Part shown: in pieces, positions 9,818 to 18,049 of the stretch
Layout: each line of letters begins with the position of its first letter
Position numbering within the stretch: position 1 is the stretch's first letter
Origin: an uncultured Candidatus Saccharibacteria bacterium
GTDB taxonomy: Bacteria > Patescibacteriota > Minisyncoccia > Phycocordibacterales > Phycocordibacteraceae
NCBI GenBank assembly: GCA_964349555.1
Contig: CAYGGK010000001.1
Location: forward strand, 120,330 to 184,329
Reading direction: 5' to 3'
Length of the DNA stretch: 64,000 bases
Notes under the pieces: model-generated
What the model was told of the DNA's origin: nothing
The model's input: the letters and a program-made list of their open reading frames with translations, nothing else
Databases searched by the model: none
Position numbers and translations under genes: made by a program

Positions 9818-10405
9818 CTATTTTCTAGTTTGTTTGCGCCACACGAGCATTCCGACAAAAGCGAGGTTTGCGAGAACGAGCGACGCTGGATAGAGCGCGG
9901 TTGTCCAAGTAAAACTCTCAAGCGCAAACAAACTGACGGCGAACTTCAAGCCGGAAAGCCCGTATGTCCAGCCATTCTCTGTTTCGGGGTTAAAAAATGC
10001 TTTGCGGAATGTCGGCACAAAAGCAACGGCATCAATAATCGTGATGATTATAACCGACCAGAGTGGATTGCCGGTGAAATACCAAATCGGGACAGTGAAC
10101 AGGGCGCTTGTAAAAAATATCCAGTCGTTTTTCGTTATAAATACCCGAGATGACGCTCCAAGGCCGACAGCCGCAAAACCGAAACTGCAAAGCGCGGTAA
10201 CGCCCGTAACCCACGCACCCGCGCCGCCGCCTTCGGTTATTTGCGCGACGAACGCTATTGCGGTCAAAAGTCCCCAGACGAACCAGCTGAATGCGTGCGG
10301 TTTGACCTTGCCTTGCAAAATCCCGCGCACATAAAACACATAACCGAACAGACCGAGCGCGACGGCTATGCCGCCTAATATTTCTTGCGTAGTGAATATA
10401 TCCAC
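9818..10405 (-). CDS. Hypothetical polytopic membrane protein
   Basis: Five to six hydrophobic helices, with a GTG start. It sits 4 nt upstream of the SET gene. Confidence 0.45.
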   Translation of the reverse strand: MDIFTTQEILGGIAVALGLFGYVFYVRGILQGKVKPHAFSWFVWGLLTAIAFVAQITEGGGAGAWVTGVTALCSFGFAAVGLGASSRVFITKNDWIFFTSALFTVPIWYFTGNPLWSVIIITIIDAVAFVPTFRKAFFNPETENGWTYGLSGLKFAVSLFALESFTWTTALYPASLVLANLAFVGMLVWRKQTRK

Positions 10406-10429
10406 AACTTCATTTTAGCAGTCTTCTTA

Positions 10430-10531
10430 ACCGATTTGTACTGGCGACACATCGTTGAGGCGCTCCTTGCCAACCCCTCCGACGCGTCCCTCCTCGTTCG
10501 CCAAGAACGCGAGTGGAAACGCAAGGGGTGA
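10430..10531 (+). repeat. Copy B of the murF 3' coding terminus
   Basis: In frame it encodes …DLYWRHIVEALLANPSDASLLVRQEREWKRKG*. It is about 80% identical to murF 9231-9312 and about 95% identical to copy C. Confidence 0.85.
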
Positions 10532-10616
10532 GGACTCCTAACCTACGCGGGAACGGCTCACATGGGAAGAAATGAGCCGTTCAGTGCAAATACTGAAAGG
10601 TACGGAGCGGGCTCCC

Positions 10617-11132
10617 TTATGAGAAACTTATAGCGGTTTTTATCTTTCCAACCAACTCCTCCACGCTCATATTGCTTGTATCAATAAGAACTGAACCGAG
10701 CCGCTCTTTTTTTAGTGCATCGGCCTTTTCCCACATCTCACCTACCCGCTCACGCGTAAGAAGACTTCCGGGCCGGTAGCCGCGTTCGTCCGCTCGCTTT
10801 TGCACGGTGTATTTATCGGCAAACAACAGAAATTCATATACATCGGCACCATGCGCTCGTCCGGCTTCAATCAGTGAATCAACCGTCTCTGATTGTGATA
10901 TTGCTTTGTCGATAATGACGTCCTGTCCCAATTTCAAGTGATGTCCGACGGTTTCGGCCGCTTTCTGGTATGAAATCTGAAGGCTCTCCGCTCGTCGTTC
11001 TTTGTAGTCCGGCACCGATCTTCGAATCTCATCAATATCGAGAAGCACAGAGTTCGGCATGTCCGCATGTAAAAGCTTTGAAATTGTCGATTTTCCTACT
11101 CCGGGCGGGCCATTAAGGATTATGAGTTTCAT
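10617..11132 (-). CDS. P-loop (AAA-type) small-molecule kinase-like protein
   Basis: Walker A ILNGPPGVGKST. At 171 aa it is in the size range of shikimate/gluconate-kinase-like or zeta-like NTPases. Confidence 0.5.
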   Translation of the reverse strand: MKLIILNGPPGVGKSTISKLLHADMPNSVLLDIDEIRRSVPDYKERRAESLQISYQKAAETVGHHLKLGQDVIIDKAISQSETVDSLIEAGRAHGADVYEFLLFADKYTVQKRADERGYRPGSLLTRERVGEMWEKADALKKERLGSVLIDTSNMSVEELVGKIKTAISFS

Positions 11133-11212
11133 AACGCATTATTCCGGCTTAAAGGCCTTTTTTCTTTCTGATACAAGGGATTTACGAGCGCGTAAATCTT
11201 TATTACTCATAT

Positions 11213-11620
11213 TCATTTCGGCGCCGTCTTGAACTGCGGCCAGTGGTCACAGATATCATAGTACGCACCCTTATCCTTCGTGAAAATGTGTTGCGCCGAT
11301 TTTATTCTAGCTTTCTCATCAAGTAGCCCGAGCAAAACGTAAACACGTGCATAGCCTTTTCTATCCCAAGTTATGGACGCCCCGCAGTTGCCGCAGAAGG
11401 TGCGAGTCGTGTTAGAGGATGATTTATACGACAGCAGTTTTTTCGTTCGGTTTATCTTGAACGAATCGCGAAGTGCGCCGACGAACGCGCCGTACATGCC
11501 GTAGTTCTTGCGGCACTGCGAACAGTGGCAAAACCACACGTCATCGAGCGAGCCGGTAAACGAAAATTTTATCGCGCCGCAGCCGCAGGAACCGCGATGC
11601 GTTTTTACCGTTGTCGTCAT
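11213..11620 (-). CDS. GFA/CENP-V family zinc-binding protein
   Basis: Cys clusters GSCGCG, CHCSQCRK and CGNCG. Start taken at MTTTVKTHRG. Confidence 0.6.
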   Translation of the reverse strand: MTTTVKTHRGSCGCGAIKFSFTGSLDDVWFCHCSQCRKNYGMYGAFVGALRDSFKINRTKKLLSYKSSSNTTRTFCGNCGASITWDRKGYARVYVLLGLLDEKARIKSAQHIFTKDKGAYYDICDHWPQFKTAPK

Positions 11621-11645
11621 GTCTTGAGTATAGCGGATTGCCATC

Positions 11646-11746
11646 CCGATTTGTACTGGCGACACATCGTTGAGGCGCTCCTTGCCAACCCATCCGACGC
11701 CTCGCTCCTCGTTCGCCAAGAACGCGAGTGGAAACGCAGATTATAA
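11646..11746 (+). repeat. Copy C of the murF 3' coding terminus
   Basis: Encodes …DLYWRHIVEALLANPSDASLLVRQEREWKRRL*. Confidence 0.85.
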
Positions 11747-12322
11747 ATCCATCTTTTTCTCGTTGAGCGTATCACGCCAGAGAGTAAGGGCCTCTTGCAT
11801 CTCAGTATCCTCAGGATAAACGGAAAGATATTCTTCCATTAGGGGGATTGCCTTATCTAGCTGGTTAAGCTGGCTATATGCAGATGCGGCAAGTAGAGCA
11901 ATCGCTTTGTCGCTAGGGAAGAATGCATACGCAGATTTAAACTCGTCAGCTGCTTCTTGATATTTTCCAACTTTGTACGCTGCTTGCGCGTTCTGCAGTT
12001 GTTTCTTTGCATGAATCAACGGCCGATTCTTTGGGTCGAGAGATGCGAAAAGACCTGAATCTGTTTTTGTCTGCACCGTGCGACTTGGTATAGCGGCGAA
12101 TGAGCCCGGCTTTTGAACAGCCACAAACTTCTTTTTACTGGAAGAGTTGTAAGACACTGCCGAAATACCAGTGCCCGGAATACCGACACTGGTATATGTT
12201 CCACGACTGTTTACACCAACTCGAGCGCCACGTACCCCGGCACTCAAGCCAAGACCCCCTTTACTCACATTGAGCTTCAATCCGGGAAGAATCTTAAATG
12301 ATTTGCGAAAACGGAAAGCCAT
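11741..12322 (-). CDS. DUF4236-like N-terminus with C-terminal TPR repeats
   Basis: MAFRFRKSFKILPGLKLNVSKGGLGLS motif, followed by TPR-like helices. Confidence 0.5.
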   Translation of the reverse strand: MAFRFRKSFKILPGLKLNVSKGGLGLSAGVRGARVGVNSRGTYTSVGIPGTGISAVSYNSSSKKKFVAVQKPGSFAAIPSRTVQTKTDSGLFASLDPKNRPLIHAKKQLQNAQAAYKVGKYQEAADEFKSAYAFFPSDKAIALLAASAYSQLNQLDKAIPLMEEYLSVYPEDTEMQEALTLWRDTLNEKKMDL

Positions 12323-12358
12323 CACTATATATTGTACCAAGAAGCAACGGAAACGCTG

Positions 12359-12430
12359 TGACCCTACGGAGAATCGAACTCCGGTTCCATCCTTGAGAAG
12401 GATGTGTCCTAACCGTTAGACGATAGGGCC
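12359..12430 (-). tRNA. tRNA-Glu (anticodon CUC)
   Basis: Folded by hand into a 72-nt cloverleaf. Acceptor GGCCCTA/TAGGGTC, anticodon loop TTCTCAA, T-loop TTCGATT. Confidence 0.7.
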
Positions 12431-12443
12431 TCACTGTTTTATA

Positions 12444-12472
12444 ACAAAAAAACACCGGTGTTGCCACCGGTG
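12444..12472 (-). terminator. Rho-independent terminator
   Basis: caccggtg-ttgc-caccggtg hairpin. On the - strand it is followed by a T-run, and an 11-G run adjoins it. Confidence 0.55.
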
Positions 12473-12485
12473 GGGGGGGGGGAGT

Positions 12486-12686
12486 TCAATCATCTTTTTC
12501 TCCCATTATTCTGTTTTGCAAACTGCGTGCCTGCACGTTGCGCCGCTCCTGTTCTTCTGCCTTCTCCAGAGCATCTCTTTTGCTCTTCGCTACTCTGAGC
12601 CTTTCTAGCGCTTCCTGAAGATCTGTCTGGCCGTGCTCCCCTTGGTTTGACTTGTCCATAGGACCTTTCTCCATATTGGTGGACAT
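12486..12686 (-). CDS. Small hypothetical coiled-coil protein
   Basis: 66-aa ORF with charged helices and a terminator downstream. No strong RBS. Confidence 0.25.
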   Translation of the reverse strand: MSTNMEKGPMDKSNQGEHGQTDLQEALERLRVAKSKRDALEKAEEQERRNVQARSLQNRIMGEKDD

Positions 12687-12728
12687 GAGTGAAGTATAAC
12701 AAATAATGGCGCTTGTCTATAGACGCTA

Positions 12729-13181
12729 TTAACCGAGAAGAGAGTCCACAACCGCTTTGACGTCGGCGCCGTCGGCCTTACCCTTAAGCTCCTTCATCAG
12801 CGCGCCGGTAAACTTGCCCGCATCCGCCTTCGACGAAATACCTAACTCAACCATTTTTGCCTTCGCGATAGGTACGATTTCTTCACGACTTATTTGGGAG
12901 GGGAGATACGCCTGCAATATGGCGAGCTCAAGCTTCTCCGGCTCTACGAGGTCGTGACGAGCCGCTTTCTCAAATTGCTCTATGGAGTCTTTTCTTTGGT
13001 TAACCGCTCTTTTAACAACAGCCAGTGCCTCGTCGTCGTTGAGGTATTCGTCGGGCTTGCGCCCTTTAGCAACGGCCTCGTTCGTCATGGCGGTTACAAG
13101 TGAGCGGAGAGTCCGGAGCCTTACTTCGTCGTGCGCCCGTAGGGCGTCGGGAATAGACTTCTTAATTTCTTCGTGGATAGC
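12729..13181 (-). CDS. GatB/YqeY domain protein
   Basis: All-helical, about 150 aa, with the typical YqeY layout (…AILQAYLP…ADGADVKAVVDSLLG). Confidence 0.6.
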   Translation of the reverse strand, partial: AIHEEIKKSIPDALRAHDEVRLRTLRSLVTAMTNEAVAKGRKPDEYLNDDEALAVVKRAVNQRKDSIEQFEKAARHDLVEPEKLELAILQAYLPSQISREEIVPIAKAKMVELGISSKADAGKFTGALMKELKGKADGADVKAVVDSLLG

Positions 13182-13206
13182 CATAAGGCAGAGTATACTA
13201 TACCGC

Positions 13207-14256
13207 ATGAGCCTGTTACAGATTTTCATACTTATTATAGTGTTAGTCTTCGTGCAGGGTATCGGCCTCTATTTCATGTTTCGCAAGCGCTCCGCACAGT
13301 CAGAGGAGGGGAGCGGCATGGTGCTCTTGCAACAGCAGATGCAGGAGCTTGCGCGCACGCTCGACACGCGCATGTCCGAGTCGTCGCGCGCGATGCAGGA
13401 GAGCTCCCACAAGCAATTTTCCGAGTCAAACCGACTTATCAAAGAGATCACGCAGGAGGTGACGTCGGTGAAAGAGATCGGCCGGCAGACGCAGGGCTTC
13501 GCCGAGCAATTGCAAAATCTGCAGGACATCCTCAAGAACCCGAAACAGCGCGGCATTCTCGGCGAATATTATCTGGAGACGGTCTTAAAGAACGTGCTCC
13601 CGCCCGGGATGTACAAGATGCAGTACCCATTTAAAAACGGCGAAATAGTCGATGCCGCAGTATTCGTGAGCGACAAGATAGTCCCGATAGACTCTAAGTT
13701 CTCGCTTGAGAACTACAACCGCCTCGTGCACGCAAGCGAGGCAGAGAAGCCCGCATTTGAGAAGGCGTTTGTGAACGACCTCAAGCTTCGTATTCAAGAA
13801 ACGGCAAAGTATATCCGGCCGGAGGAAAACACGATGGACTTCGCCTTTATGTTTATCCCCTCTGAGGGCATCTATTACGACCTCCTCACCAACCAGGTAG
13901 GTGGTGGGGAAGATGAGAACTTAATACAGAGGGCGGCAGGGAAGTGGAAAGTTATCATCGTCTCCCCAACCTCTTTTCTGGCCTATTTACAAACAGTCAT
14001 GCAGGGGTTGAAAGCGCTCAAAATAGAAGAGAAGGCCGTGGAGATACAGCAGAGGGTCGGGGAATTGGGGAAGCACGTCGCCGCGTATGAAGAGTTTTAT
14101 CGTAAACTCGGTGTCTCGCTTGGCACGAGCGTGAGCCACTACAATGCAGGCTACAAAGAGCTCGGCAAGATAGACAAAGATGTTTATCGCATCAGCGAAT
14201 CCAAAATCGACATAGAACCCGAACTCCTCGACAAGCCGGTACTGATTGAGGAGTAA
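13207..14256 (+). CDS. rmuC: DNA recombination protein RmuC
   Basis: N-terminal TM helix, a long coiled-coil, and the C-terminal RmuC nuclease-like region (…FMFIPSEGIYYDLL…). Start at MSLLQIF. Confidence 0.7.
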   Translation: MSLLQIFILIIVLVFVQGIGLYFMFRKRSAQSEEGSGMVLLQQQMQELARTLDTRMSESSRAMQESSHKQFSESNRLIKEITQEVTSVKEIGRQTQGFAEQLQNLQDILKNPKQRGILGEYYLETVLKNVLPPGMYKMQYPFKNGEIVDAAVFVSDKIVPIDSKFSLENYNRLVHASEAEKPAFEKAFVNDLKLRIQETAKYIRPEENTMDFAFMFIPSEGIYYDLLTNQVGGGEDENLIQRAAGKWKVIIVSPTSFLAYLQTVMQGLKALKIEEKAVEIQQRVGELGKHVAAYEEFYRKLGVSLGTSVSHYNAGYKELGKIDKDVYRISESKIDIEPELLDKPVLIEE

Positions 14257-14297
14257 AACTTGTTTTTTATAAGCATACGTGTTAGATTGCAGAGACT

Positions 14298-14615
14298 ATG
14301 GAAGTGGCCGTAATCAAGACCGGCGGGAAGCAATATGTCGTCTCCAAGGGCGACACTATTTCTATTGAGAAACTCCCCCAGGATTTGAAAAAGGGCGATT
14401 CGGTTGTCTTTAACGAGGTGCTCCTCGTTGACAACGGCTCGGACACGACCATCGGTGCGCCCTCTATCAAGGGTGCAGAGGTCAAGGGCACCGTTGTCCT
14501 CGCAGGTCTGGGGAAGAAGGTTGAGGTGGTGAAGTATAAGCCGAAGAGCCGCTACTACAAGCGCAAAGGGCACCGCCAGCCGCTCCTCAAGGTCAAAATA
14601 GACAGTATTAGCTAA
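14298..14615 (+). CDS. rplU: 50S ribosomal protein L21
   Basis: MEVAVIKTGGKQYVVSKGDTISIEKL…. Confidence 0.85.
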   Translation: MEVAVIKTGGKQYVVSKGDTISIEKLPQDLKKGDSVVFNEVLLVDNGSDTTIGAPSIKGAEVKGTVVLAGLGKKVEVVKYKPKSRYYKRKGHRQPLLKVKIDSIS

Positions 14616-14628
14616 ACACATCTACAAC

Positions 14629-15930
14629 ATGCAAATAGGGCGTTGGAATCATCAGTCTGCCGGCGCGTCCGGTAGTCATTCAAAATATTCAAAAACCCCA
14701 CGAAGAGAAGACTCTCGTGGTGCTCGTCCGTATGGACGGCCGCAAGGCGGCTTTGGCGGCAGGCCGAGCTTCGGAGGGCGAGGTGGCGGCAAGCGCGGCG
14801 GCTTCGGTTCCTTTGGCGAGACGGAGGCCGAGATTTCAAAGTTCATGAACAAGACAGTCGTAACGACCGAGGAGCCAGTCTTCATTCCCGAACACAAATT
14901 TTCAGACTTCAACATCAATGCGCACTTGAAGGCGAATATCGCCGCACGCAAGTACGAGAGCCCGACTCCGATTCAGGACAAGGCCATTCCGCACGCTCTT
15001 CTCGGCCAAGACGTCGTTGGCCTCGCTGAGACGGGGACAGGGAAGACAGCGGCATTTCTTATTCCGCTTATTGACAAGGTGATGAAACAAAAAGGCGAGC
15101 GCATTCTTATCATGGCGCCGACGCGCGAACTCGCGGTACAGATTGAAAAAGAACTTGCCGGTTTTGCGAAGGGCCTCGGCTTCCGCGGTATGGTCGCGGT
15201 CGGCGGTGCCAACATCAGCCCGCAAATTTCCCAACTGAAGCACAACCCGGCATTTGTTATAGGTACGCCGGGACGGCTCAAAGATTTAATGGAGCGGCGC
15301 GCGCTTGACCTCTCCGGTTTTGGCACCGTCGTTCTTGACGAAGCAGATCGAATGCTGGATATGGGCTTCATCGACGAGATGCGCACCATTCTTTCTAAGA
15401 TGCGCAAAGAACGGCACACGCTCTTCTTCTCCGCGACAATGTCCAAGGAGATCGAGCGGCTTATCGGCGACTTTCTTGACCAGCCCGTCATCATATCGGT
15501 GAAGCAACGCGACACGCCGAGCAGTGTTGACCAAGACGTTGTCCGCATCCCTCGCGGGAAGGATAAATTTGAGGTGCTTGCCGAACTTCTTAAAGACCGC
15601 GAATTTAGCCGCGTGCTCGTCTTTGGCCGAACCAAGTTCGGCGTAGAGAAGCTTGCGAAGGCGCTCTCGCGTCTCCATATCCACGCGGAGAGCATCCACG
15701 GCAATAAGACCCAGGGGGCGCGCCAGAGGGCTCTTGAGACCTTTAAGGCAGGGAAGGTGAGTGTGCTTGTCGCGACCGACGTCGCCGCGCGCGGCCTTGA
15801 TATCCCCGCGGTCTCACACGTTATCAACTACGACCTTCCCTCAACCTACGAGGACTATATCCACCGTATTGGTCGCACTGGCCGCGCCTCTCTCAAAGGT
15901 CGCGCTCTCACCTTCGTCCAGTCCCGCTAA
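14629..15930 (+). CDS. DEAD-box ATP-dependent RNA helicase
   Basis: Q-motif region, AETGTGKT, DEAD (VLDEADRM), SAT and HRIGRTGRA. The N-terminus is Gly/Arg-rich, so the start is uncertain. Confidence 0.85.
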   Translation: MQIGRWNHQSAGASGSHSKYSKTPRREDSRGARPYGRPQGGFGGRPSFGGRGGGKRGGFGSFGETEAEISKFMNKTVVTTEEPVFIPEHKFSDFNINAHLKANIAARKYESPTPIQDKAIPHALLGQDVVGLAETGTGKTAAFLIPLIDKVMKQKGERILIMAPTRELAVQIEKELAGFAKGLGFRGMVAVGGANISPQISQLKHNPAFVIGTPGRLKDLMERRALDLSGFGTVVLDEADRMLDMGFIDEMRTILSKMRKERHTLFFSATMSKEIERLIGDFLDQPVIISVKQRDTPSSVDQDVVRIPRGKDKFEVLAELLKDREFSRVLVFGRTKFGVEKLAKALSRLHIHAESIHGNKTQGARQRALETFKAGKVSVLVATDVAARGLDIPAVSHVINYDLPSTYEDYIHRIGRTGRASLKGRALTFVQSR

Positions 15931-15955
15931 ATGAAGGGTTTACGAAACCTTTCAT
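15931..15955. repeat. REP-like 25-bp hairpin
   Basis: atgaagggtttacgaaacctttcat: an 11-bp stem with one mismatch and a 3-nt loop. Confidence 0.7.
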
Positions 15956-16635
15956 TCCAAAACTAGTTTCGTCATCTTGCTATCATACTCGGCATCGCGA
16001 AGGTATTCGATAAGTGAGTCGCGGTAATCACTGAGCGATTTTTTGAAAAATGAAGTTGTGAGTACGGAAGGGAAGTTCTTCTTACCGACGTAGTCGAGGT
16101 AGCTGCTCCATCGGTATGAATCAAGATAATTCAACGCTTTACTTACACTCCCAATCCCACCCTTGCTACGCACACGCCATTCTCGTGCTTCTTTAAGATA
16201 ATCAAGAGGATTGAGATGAAGGTAGTGCAGGATGTAGAGGAAGTGCGGTTCCCGTTCGATCAAAATTTTCTTCGTACGACCCTGGAAAAGAGTTCCCTGA
16301 CGCTCATATCGTTCGTTGAAATAGTTTGCATAACCAACATTTAATTTACGAAGAAATAAACTAATACCACCCTCGATTCGCTCAGAAAGTAGAAGATGAT
16401 AGTGATTCTTCATGAGAACCCACCCATGAATATCCACCAACAACTTTCGTGCTTTCCTAAATGAAGGGTTTACGAAATCCCTCACGCCTGAAGAGTCAAA
16501 GAGACGCCAAAGATTATCGGCGGGAGCGGAATCGTTAAACTCATAGAGATCATGTACGAAACGTGCGTAGTCTTGGGTATCGAGGAACAAGTCACGGCCA
16601 TCAACCCCGCGGTTTAGTACATGCCACAGCTCCAT
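15952..16635 (-). mobile_element. IS200/RAYT-type Y1 (HUH) transposase
   Basis: WHVLNRG, the HYHLLLS HUH motif, GTLFQGR, YLHLNP and RWSSY. It is flanked by REP-like hairpins. Confidence 0.7.
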
Positions 16636-16650
16636 ACCTTTCCAGTATAC

Positions 16651-16675
16651 ATGAAAGGTTTACGAAACCTTTCAT
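16651..16675. repeat. REP-like perfect 25-bp hairpin
   Basis: atgaaaggtttacgaaacctttcat. A half-copy lies at 16461-16480 inside the transposase CDS. Confidence 0.7.
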
Positions 16676-16807
16676 GGGTGTGAATTATGTATGCGAGTGG
16701 TACCAGCCGCGCTTTCGCCTTTGTTCAGGGAAGATAGACCTTCGTCCATTCCAAACCTCCATAAATAAAGGAGGCCGTCACGAGACGGCCTCCCTACTCT
16801 CCGCACG

Positions 16808-17398
16808 TCACTGCTGATCGAGAAATGTTCTTACCTTCCTGAATGTTTCCCCGCGGTGAGAGACAGCGTTTTCTTCTTCAGTCGACATTTCTGCCCATGA
16901 GCGCGTATCGCCTATAGGAACGAAGAGCGCGCTGTATGGCATTTTTGACTGTGGAGGTACACGTGGGGCTTTGAGCATACTCCCCTGCACCTCTCCTTCA
17001 AATGCGTACTGCTCCCCTGAAGGTGATACGACTACAACGACGGCTTTGAAAGTTGCAGATCGGTCGAGGAGACCACCCATGCGCTTTAAGCAATAGTCTG
17101 TGATTTTTGACGTTTCTGCTCCTTCGCCAGCCCAACGCGCAGGATAGATCCCGGGTTCGCCACCGAGGCCCTTGATGAAGAGCCCGGTATCGTCGGCCAT
17201 CGTCCAAAGGTGCGGCTGTTGGTCGTGAACAAACCACGCCTTCTTCGCGGCGTTTTCCTCCAAGGACTTCCCATCTTCTATGGCTTCGCCTTTAACGCCA
17301 ATATCGTCGAGGGAAAGAATACTGTAGCGTGATCCAGCAAAGGACACTTGTACTTGTTCTCGCTTGCTCGGGTTTCTTGTCGCTAGTATAAGGTTCAT
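16808..17398 (-). CDS. rdgB: Non-canonical purine NTP pyrophosphatase (RdgB/Ham1)
   Basis: ATRNPSK, DTGL, GGEPG, ARWAG and SHRG motifs. Confidence 0.8.
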   Translation of the reverse strand: MNLILATRNPSKREQVQVSFAGSRYSILSLDDIGVKGEAIEDGKSLEENAAKKAWFVHDQQPHLWTMADDTGLFIKGLGGEPGIYPARWAGEGAETSKITDYCLKRMGGLLDRSATFKAVVVVVSPSGEQYAFEGEVQGSMLKAPRVPPQSKMPYSALFVPIGDTRSWAEMSTEEENAVSHRGETFRKVRTFLDQQ

Positions 17399-17437
17399 GA
17401 TGTTTCTCCCTTTGTCCACTCATGAAGATACCATACA

Positions 17438-18049
17438 CTAGGTTTCTTTGCGGTTGGTGAGCGCGGCGCGGAGGGTCTCGGCGTCGGAGTATTCGAGCTC
17501 AGAGCCGGTAGCGAGCCCGCGGCCGAGTATGGAAACCTTAAGGTGGTCGCGGTGCGCCGCGAGGAGCTCGCGCACGCGATCGCTCGTGTGTTCGCCCTCG
17601 CTGGTCGCCGAGAGGGCGAGGACGACTTCTTTCAAGCTTATCTGCGCAGAGAGGCGTTTCTTTACTGTTTCCAATAATTCTCTTTCACGAACAGAACCTT
17701 TCCCTGAGAGTGTCAACACGCCTCCGAGGACGAAGTATCGCCCGCGATATGTACCGGCGCGCTCCACCGCAGAGAGGTCCTGATCCTTCTCAACGAGCAT
17801 GAGGAGAGTATCGTCGCGTGTTTTATCGGAGCAATAATTGCAAACAGTCGTCGTGCTTCCGCCGTTATAGAAACGCATGCACAGAGAGCATTGGTGTACC
17901 GTTGTGCCTAAAGACGCGATAAGCTCAGCGAGCCTCGCGCGTTCAGCGGCCGAGACGGTCAATAGATAGTAGACAAAACGCTTTCCCTGTCTTGGTCCGA
18001 TGCCGGGGAGGTGTGCGAGCGCGCGTGCGAGTTCTTCTATATGGTCCAT
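17438..18049 (-). CDS. recR: Recombination protein RecR
   Basis: HhH region (LPGIGPRQGKR), a C4 zinc finger and a Toprim domain. Confidence 0.85.
   Translation of the reverse strand: MDHIEELARALAHLPGIGPRQGKRFVYYLLTVSAAERARLAELIASLGTTVHQCSLCMRFYNGGSTTTVCNYCSDKTRDDTLLMLVEKDQDLSAVERAGTYRGRYFVLGGVLTLSGKGSVRERELLETVKKRLSAQISLKEVVLALSATSEGEHTSDRVRELLAAHRDHLKVSILGRGLATGSELEYSDAETLRAALTNRKET

Noticed and set aside
14973-15827. 284-aa minus-strand ORF
   Set aside because: It lies entirely inside the DEAD-box helicase gene on the opposite strand, with low-complexity Ser/Arg-rich composition. It is a typical antisense artefact of a GC-rich gene.
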